Of a DNA stretch of 64,000 nt, positions 58,701 to 64,000 are shown one piece after another. The position numbers were made by a program, and so were the translations under genes. The stretch is taken from NCBI GenBank assembly GCA_963666835.2, contig CAXXGO010000006.1, positions 1,280,001 through 1,344,000 on the forward strand, written 5' to 3'. Every line of letters begins with the position of its first letter. Within the stretch, counting starts at the first letter, position 1. The stretch comes from Phycisphaerae bacterium (GTDB lineage: Bacteria > Planctomycetota > Phycisphaerae > UBA1845). The notes below the pieces were generated by a model. The model had not been told where the DNA came from, made no database searches, and saw only the letters and a list, made by a program, of their open reading frames with translations.

Positions 58701-59852
58701 GGGCCGCGTTACTTCGTGAATGATCTCGTCTTTCTTCACGATTCCGGAAGCTGGTTGGTAAGCGCGGGCGGCACTGGCGGAGACGATGTCCCCGAGGACT
58801 TTGCGATCCGGATCTGGAATGCAGACACCGGGAACGTCGCCACGGCTCGCGGGCATGACCAGCCGATCCACGCGCTGGCGATGGACCCGCCCGGGCAGCT
58901 ATTGGCCTCGGCGTCCTTCGATCGGACGGTTGTGGTTTGGCGCGTAGTCTGGGAAGGTTCCTCCCCCCGTCTCGAGCGCGCACACACTCTCGAAGGTCAC
59001 GCCACAAGGGTGTATTCGGTAGCGTTCCACCCCAGCGAGCCACGTCTTTGTTCCGGGTCACAAGACGGGATCATTAAACTGTGGGATACGGATCGGATGG
59101 TCGAGGTTGCCACGCTTCGCGAGCAGGTCGGTCAGGTTGCGGACCTGACCTTCGATGCTACCGGCGTTCGGTTGGCGACTACATCGGTGGGATTCATGGG
59201 AACGGATAACGTGGCGCGGGTATGGGACGCTCCGAACCAGCCCGATTCTTCTCGCTACGAACGGCTGGTCGTGCGTGCGGATTGTGCACGAGCGCTGGCC
59301 GCGGTGAGCGACGTACTACAGACGCCGCTGGCCTCGCCGGCTGAGGCAAAACGGAAGGTCGCCGACCGCTTGAAGTCGTTCCCGGACAGTGTTCGGCATG
59401 CGGTACTCGATAACTTCGCGGCTCTGTACGTGCATCCCGGTTGGGCTGACCGGCGAGCCGGGCGCGCCGTCGATAACGCCGAGGTAACTGAGGAAGAGCT
59501 GCTCCAAGCGCTGGAATGGGCAAATCTCGCTGCACAGACTGCTCCGGAGAATGGGACATTCCTGGCCATGGTCGGCATTATCGAGTACCGCTTGGGACGC
59601 CATAGCCAGGCGCTCGCCACGCTCAGCGCGGCTGCGGGGATGAACCACAGTAGGCTCCCGGCCGTTTGGGCGGTACTGGCCATGACGTATCGCCAACTCG
59701 GCGAGCCGGACAAGGCTGCCGATGCCCAGAAGCGGATGGAAGAGCTGGACCGAATCCTATCCGGCCTTGACCCTGTCAACCGGCATTTCGTTGACGAAGC
59801 AAGGGCCTCCCGAGAGTCGACAGATCGCGAGGGCATCGCCGCTCGCCGCTGA
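55785..59852 (+). CDS. Ser/Thr protein kinase with WD40 repeats and C-terminal TPR-like region
   Basis: GGMGTVY, VALK, HRDIKPANIL, DFG, GTMQYMSPEQ, one TM helix, many GH...WD repeats. Confidence 0.95.
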   Translation: MNYDRRQRVDELFEKALFRAPDERESFLAEACGDDPTIRAEVISLLEHDEQAPAEFMRPPDPAIRSPLSSSTLEVGAIVGGYRITGLIASGGMGTVYEAVQKAPQRVVALKIMLGGMASRSALGRFQLESAVLARLHHPNIAQVFDAGVQRLGESRIPYFAMEYIAGARTVTAFAQEENLCISDRLALFATICDAVHHGHQKGIIHRDIKPANILVDSSGRPKVIDFGIARATDLDLAITAQQTITGQLIGTMQYMSPEQCDADPHALDIRTDIYSLGVVLYELLTGESPYVTPSANIYEAARTICEQPPKPPSRVDPELEGDVETIVLKALEKERERRYQSAAELASDIRRFLKNEPILARRTTALYQLRLYARRHRVAFRAIVAAAIGLCLATVISVWSAIEATAQRRVAEAARDDVASKSYAVNLTAAEAALAADDPATARIALEGADPKSRGWEWRYLRNRVDQSIRTLMQVDTAFEYFSVDKEGQQLAVALKYLGVVRVYDIRTGKIIHELPTQEPCAVAFSNDGTLLAVASTVGGTDRRGTIALWRLDTASSTLVAHWIVNDVGAPMLAFHPTRRILAGGRSGDHPISLWDLRDLERFESDELAEVAADAVLQGHKWEIRSLAFSPRGDLLASGSHDYTVRLWDVESSLRTGSGRALAVLRGHTYYVEAVAFSPDGCRLASASTDKTIRVWDVAKSIEESAGKGGSQSEGDKAPGVQLGVLGGHDEGFIAVAFDSTGSRLVSGGNAGLICVWDVADDAIVSDLQRSQTWRRPRYQQTAALRGHEGWVRRVAYLPDGQILSGAGDKSIRLWRPEVRDVPQLHGHSTSIDAVAFLPDNQHVVSGDGSGCLIVWDAKRCVPVAKRYFRERERVNAVTPFRRDDRLLLAVATGRTPPYEPGGRIILLDVTSPEAPRRVQVLSPDDGIKPSFHSIAVSADTRRLAAGDGQGVVRVWELDKQLEFREVCSLAGPRYFVNDLVFLHDSGSWLVSAGGTGGDDVPEDFAIRIWNADTGNVATARGHDQPIHALAMDPPGQLLASASFDRTVVVWRVVWEGSSPRLERAHTLEGHATRVYSVAFHPSEPRLCSGSQDGIIKLWDTDRMVEVATLREQVGQVADLTFDATGVRLATTSVGFMGTDNVARVWDAPNQPDSSRYERLVVRADCARALAAVSDVLQTPLASPAEAKRKVADRLKSFPDSVRHAVLDNFAALYVHPGWADRRAGRAVDNAEVTEEELLQALEWANLAAQTAPENGTFLAMVGIIEYRLGRHSQALATLSAAAGMNHSRLPAVWAVLAMTYRQLGEPDKAADAQKRMEELDRILSGLDPVNRHFVDEARASRESTDREGIAARR

Positions 59853-60102
59853 AAGACCACCGGCGGGGTACCCTCCCGGGCCCGATGCGTTCGCGGGGTC
59901 GTCAGCTATCTGGAAAAGAGCCGAGCGTTTCTCTGCGCCGTGCGCGGACGTTTTGCGCATGTAATCTCGGAAACGCGATATCTTCTGCGATGCTCTCGGA
60001 GATCTGTCGCACGTAGATGCGAGCACGTGCAACTCGAGGCGTGCGAGATCGTCTCGCACTGCCTGAGGGGATTTCTGTAGCCCAATACTCGAGGAGAGAG
60101 AG

Positions 60103-62043
60103 ATGTTAACCAACAGACCGATACCACTTGTGTTCGGCGCCGTGCTCGTACTTTCGGTTGCTGGAGGATCACACGCAGGCACAGACAGCGATGCGCTGCA
60201 ATCGGCGTCCTGCCCGGATTCGGAGGTTCGGGTGTACATGCTGGGCGACGAGGATGATTATGAATACGAAGGACCGGGAAGCGAGGATGATGTCTATATT
60301 GACCCTGCTTGGTGGCTCGAAGTTACTACCGAACATCCGGGGGATGAATTCGACTTTGATCAGGTTTCCCGAGGCGGGTTGATTCCGTTCTCTTTCGTCT
60401 TCGATCTTGCGGACGGTGAAGGGGTAACTGGGGCGTGGCTGACTCTTCGTTTGAAACAGAATGGAGGGCAACCGTGGGAGACTGATTTCATCCTGCTTGA
60501 TCAGTTGCAACCGCAGAGGCTTCTGGTGGATCTTGGATGGGATGGGACGCCATCGGTGTTGTCATTTGACCTCTCCGATGTCTTGGGGGATAACCTGCTT
60601 CCGTTACTGGCCGATGGCTTACTGAATTGCGCGGTTTATGATGACTCGGCCATCGATTATGCTACTCTGGAGCTGCACGTAGCGCCCCCGTGTTATGATC
60701 TTAGATACGAATGCAGAATCGTTAACGAGCCGAGCGTGGAGGATCAATCCCCAGAGCTTCCCGGCGGGCTGACGGAACTTCCCGCCGGTGAGACCTTCTT
60801 CGTCGAATTCTGGGCCAGCGATTCGGGGGACGTCAACACCGGCGTGGTCAGCGCCTATGCGGACCTGGACTATCCGGAGGAGTTGGTCACGTGCTACGAG
60901 CCGCAGTCGTCTCCGTTGTTCAGCCTGTTCCCGGATGGCGTGTGTGACGGCACGATCGTCGACGAACTTGGTGGGAGCCAGCTTGATCCGGGTATCGGCG
61001 TCGAGCCGGAATGGGCTCGCATAGCCGTTGGGGAATACACCGCCGATGCGGTCGGGCAGGCGGAGTTCGCGTTGTTGCCGGCTGACACGGAATCATCGGC
61101 CCACGGACGGGGGCTGATCCTGCCGGAGGACATCGATTATGGCACTTGCACGGTCGAGATCGTCTGTCCGTGCATCTACGACCTGGACGCCAACTGCAAC
61201 ATCGCGGCGGGAGATCTCGGCTTGTTCGCTCCGTGCTGGGGATGCTGTGATGATCAGCCGTGTTGGGACGAGCACACGTGCCAGGATAAGGACTTCGACT
61301 GCAATGGGTGCGTAAGCGGCGGCGACTTGGCTTGGTTTGCGGCCGGGTGGAACAAGAGCTGCAACGACATCGACCCCGTTGCTGATTATCCGCCGTGCCG
61401 CGAGTGTGAGGGACCGGTCTACTGCGCCGACGCGGCCGCAACGCAGAGCAGTGGCGGTATCGCCGCCGGACCGGTCCTGGCCGGGGATCTTGGGACCACC
61501 GAGGACGTAGTGGAGCTGGCCGTGAGCCTTCGCCGGGATAACCGGTCGGACTACGAGGTCGATCAACTCGATGTACAGAATCTGCGAAGGGTAACGGCCG
61601 GTGAGCGGGTGTTCGCGGAGGTTTGGGCCAAGGACTTCAACCCGTCCAGCCAGGGACTCACGGCCGTGTTCGCGGACCTGTATTTCGACTCGGGGCAGTT
61701 CCGGGTTGTCTCCGTCGATCCGGGGGACACGTTCACCCTCTTTGCGGAATCCGACCTGGAGGGAGACTTCGGCGTGGTTCGCGGATTGGGCGGAGCCACG
61801 ATGGAGCCCAACCACGGGACCGACCGGTGGACGCGCGTTTCGGTCGTGGAACTGCAGGCCCTGGTCGACGGCGTTGGGCCGACGGTGATTGTCCGGCCGA
61901 TCAAGGGCGAAGCGGTATCGCGTTATGCTTATGGACTGGTTACCGACGTTCGCGTGAAAGAGTCTGACAACAGCTCGGTTCAGAAGCGATCGAAGGTGGC
62001 TCGGGATGGCCGGGCGCCGAACGCCGCTCACGTGATTGACTAG
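60103..62043 (+). CDS. Secreted protein with two cohesin-like domains flanking a Cys-rich dockerin-like domain
   Basis: GAGGAG RBS; signal peptide; internal duplication AGETFFVEFWASD..SAYADLDY / AGERVFAEVWAKD..AVFADLYF; Ca loops DLDANCNIAAGDL and DFDCNGCVSGGDL. Confidence 0.85.
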   Translation: MLTNRPIPLVFGAVLVLSVAGGSHAGTDSDALQSASCPDSEVRVYMLGDEDDYEYEGPGSEDDVYIDPAWWLEVTTEHPGDEFDFDQVSRGGLIPFSFVFDLADGEGVTGAWLTLRLKQNGGQPWETDFILLDQLQPQRLLVDLGWDGTPSVLSFDLSDVLGDNLLPLLADGLLNCAVYDDSAIDYATLELHVAPPCYDLRYECRIVNEPSVEDQSPELPGGLTELPAGETFFVEFWASDSGDVNTGVVSAYADLDYPEELVTCYEPQSSPLFSLFPDGVCDGTIVDELGGSQLDPGIGVEPEWARIAVGEYTADAVGQAEFALLPADTESSAHGRGLILPEDIDYGTCTVEIVCPCIYDLDANCNIAAGDLGLFAPCWGCCDDQPCWDEHTCQDKDFDCNGCVSGGDLAWFAAGWNKSCNDIDPVADYPPCRECEGPVYCADAAATQSSGGIAAGPVLAGDLGTTEDVVELAVSLRRDNRSDYEVDQLDVQNLRRVTAGERVFAEVWAKDFNPSSQGLTAVFADLYFDSGQFRVVSVDPGDTFTLFAESDLEGDFGVVRGLGGATMEPNHGTDRWTRVSVVELQALVDGVGPTVIVRPIKGEAVSRYAYGLVTDVRVKESDNSSVQKRSKVARDGRAPNAAHVID

Positions 62044-62296
62044 AACCAGATGGCCTTGGCACGGCAGTCTTCCCGACTGTCGTGTCGGGGCTTCTCTTGT
62101 GTTTCACGACCCGCCCCGGCGAAAGTACGTAGCCGGCTTGGCGTTCGGCAGTGCCCAATGGTACGAACCTTTGTCCGTAGGTCATCGTTTCAACACCTGT
62201 GATCGACAAAGCAGTCTGGTCCGCGGAGCGGACTCTACCGGGCAGAACCCAGGCTTGGCGTCGGGCTTAAGCCCGATATACCGTGGTGCGATCAAC

Positions 62297-63430
62297 GGCA
62301 GGTCTCGTACCTCGACCATGCCTACGAAGCTGCGTCCCGTCCGATTAGGCCTTCGGCGTCGGTGGGGCCGCGGTGCCAGGGGTAGGGCACGGTCGAGGCA
62401 CGAGACCTGCCGTTGGTTTTCGCGTAGTTGGTCTGCCTGCAGTCCTTGGGCAACGTGCATCGTCCGAACATACGCCGAAGGTGTTTCACAGCAAAGCCCA
62501 GGGTAAACAAAGCGGCGCAGCCGCGCAGTGCCACCCTGGGTCACAGAACCCCCCGACGCACCAACCCCGAAGTGGGTTGAACAACGGCGGAACCCCGTCG
62601 GGGTTCATCTTTGATGTGACCGTGAGCATTCCCACGTAGCGGCTGTAAACCAGCTCGTTCCTCTACCGTGTCCTATGAAGTCTTCGGGCGATCTCTGAAA
62701 CCGTCCGCCGGCCCTTCGGGACACCCCGTAGCGTAGGCTTCCAGCCTGCCTCGAGGTCCGCCCTCCTCCGGCCATTCGGGCCGGGAGCGCGTGGCGAGCG
62801 GATCTCACCCACGGGTTCCGCTTCGCTCCACCCGCGGCTACGCGCCTATGTCCCTTCGGGACAGTTGCCCGCATGGCGGCCTGACAAGATTAGTATCATT
62901 GGCCGGAGCCCGGTATACCGTGGTGCGATCAATGGCAGGTCTCGTACCTCGACCGTGCCCTACAAAGCTGAAACCCTCCGCCGGCCCTTCGGGACGGGAG
63001 CACGTGGCGAGCGGATCTCACCCACGGGTTCCGCTTCGCTCCACCCGCGGCTACGCGCCTATGTCCCTTCGGGACAGTTGCCCGCATGGCGGCCTGACAA
63101 GATTAGTATCATTGGCCGGAGCCCGGTATACCGTGGTGCGATCAATGGCAGGTCTCGTACCTCGACCTGCCCTACAAAGCTGAAACCCTCCGCCGGCCCT
63201 TCGGGACGGGAGCACGTGGGGAGCGGATCTCACCCACGGGTTCCGCTTCGCTCCACCCGCGGCTACGCGCCTGTCTCCCTTCGGGACAGTTGCCCGCATG
63301 GCGGCCTGACAAGATTAGTATCATTGGCCGGAGCCCGGTATACCGTGGTGCGATCAATGGCAGGTCTCGTACCTCGACCGTGCCCTACAAGGCCAGCGAT
63401 GGCAGGTCTCGTACCTCGACCGTGCCCTAC
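62297..63430. repeat. Multi-family REP hotspot including a ~213-bp tandem unit x2.8 (62791-63390)
   Basis: Units start at 62791, 63004 and 63216; each carries CCACGGGTTCCGCTTCGCTCCACCCGCGGCTAC and REP-A. Extra REP-A at about 62297, 62382 and 63401; REP-B at 62728. Confidence 0.9.
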
Positions 63431-63541
63431 AAAGCCAGACCTGCCCCGGGAGGGCAAAGTTATGTAGCCAGGTGCGCAAGCCGCTGGGAACGGTCCCGCG
63501 TCGGGGGGCGAGCCCGACGGGCGACGGATTCGGCAATCAGA

Positions 63542-64000
63542 TCACATTCGCTTGCGCGGGCGGCCTCCAACTGTCGCGGCCACGAACTGGAGAATACCCT
63601 GTCTCTCGAAGACGATCGTACCGATGGCAAGCAAGCCTATCGCCATGGCGATCATACCCCATGCGGACGAAGTCGGGATCGACGGTCCGAGGACGGTGAA
63701 GACTATTTCGGCGTTGCCCGTATCCGTCGTAGCCTCAACGGCTGGGGATGCGTCCGGAGACGCATTGACCTGCGAAAACACGGTGGCCGAGATGTCGCCC
63801 AGAGAGAGCGTGTACTCACCACCGATGTGCGGCGCGGAAAAAGAGCCGCTGGCCAGGATGACCCCACCGCTTTGACCGACCCCGAAGACCACCGTTGCGC
63901 TCTCGGCGATACCGGAACCTGCGGGCAAAGCGGCGCCCGCGTTGTTCTGGGCACCACCAATCTGCCGGAGGTTCATAGCGCCGGCGGTTCCGCGTTGCAG
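63542..64000 (-). CDS. C-terminal part of a secreted protein with IPTL-CTERM-type anchor (5' end outside the window)
   Basis: Frame is open to base 64000; ends PSIPTSSAWGMIAMAIGLLAIGTIVFER. Confidence 0.8.
   Translation of the reverse strand: MQRGTAGAMNLRQIGGAQNNAGAALPAGSGIAESATVVFGVGQSGGVILASGSFSAPHIGGEYTLSLGDISATVFSQVNASPDASPAVEATTDTGNAEIVFTVLGPSIPTSSAWGMIAMAIGLLAIGTIVFERQGILQFVAATVGGRPRKRM

Noticed and set aside
62791..63430. CRISPR array, or coding ORFs containing MAGLVPRPCPT
   Set aside because: Identical long linkers; the ORFs are translations of REP DNA.

Overview
GC-rich bacterial window, most likely from a planctomycete (Phycisphaerae-like). That assignment is inferred from gene content: ECF sigma/Ser-Thr kinase pair, Cys-rich dockerin/cohesin-like secreted proteins, IPTL-CTERM proteins and a planctomycete-type fabZ-acp-fabZ-KS-KS cluster. 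Layout: (1-14.4 kb) four divergently arranged secreted Cys/Asp-rich modular proteins, one an S8 protease, that share cohesin-like and dockerin-like modules; (14.5-16.3 kb) a REP-associated tyrosine transposase (RAYT) flanked by about 16 GTAG-type REPs; purF-purM and an ABC exporter module; a heavy-metal-type RND efflux operon; (34.4-40.5 kb) an accessory patch between convergent tRNA-Lys(CTT) and tRNA-Sec genes, holding an ISL3 element nested inside a 144-bp IS66-type MITE (both with intact 8-bp target duplications) and a chimeric DUF3800/nuclease ORF; rpoD-dnaG; a type II FAS/PKS-like cluster with one degenerate KS and a frameshifted fabF; an S1-domain gene preceded by a candidate structured RNA; a disintegrin-like-repeat IPTL-CTERM protein; an ECF sigma plus WD40 kinase; a cohesin-dockerin-cohesin protein; and a multi-family REP hotspot. 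The most promising unexplained system is the modular cohesin/dockerin-like extracellular assembly with no glycoside hydrolases. All domain calls are by eye and have not been checked by database search.
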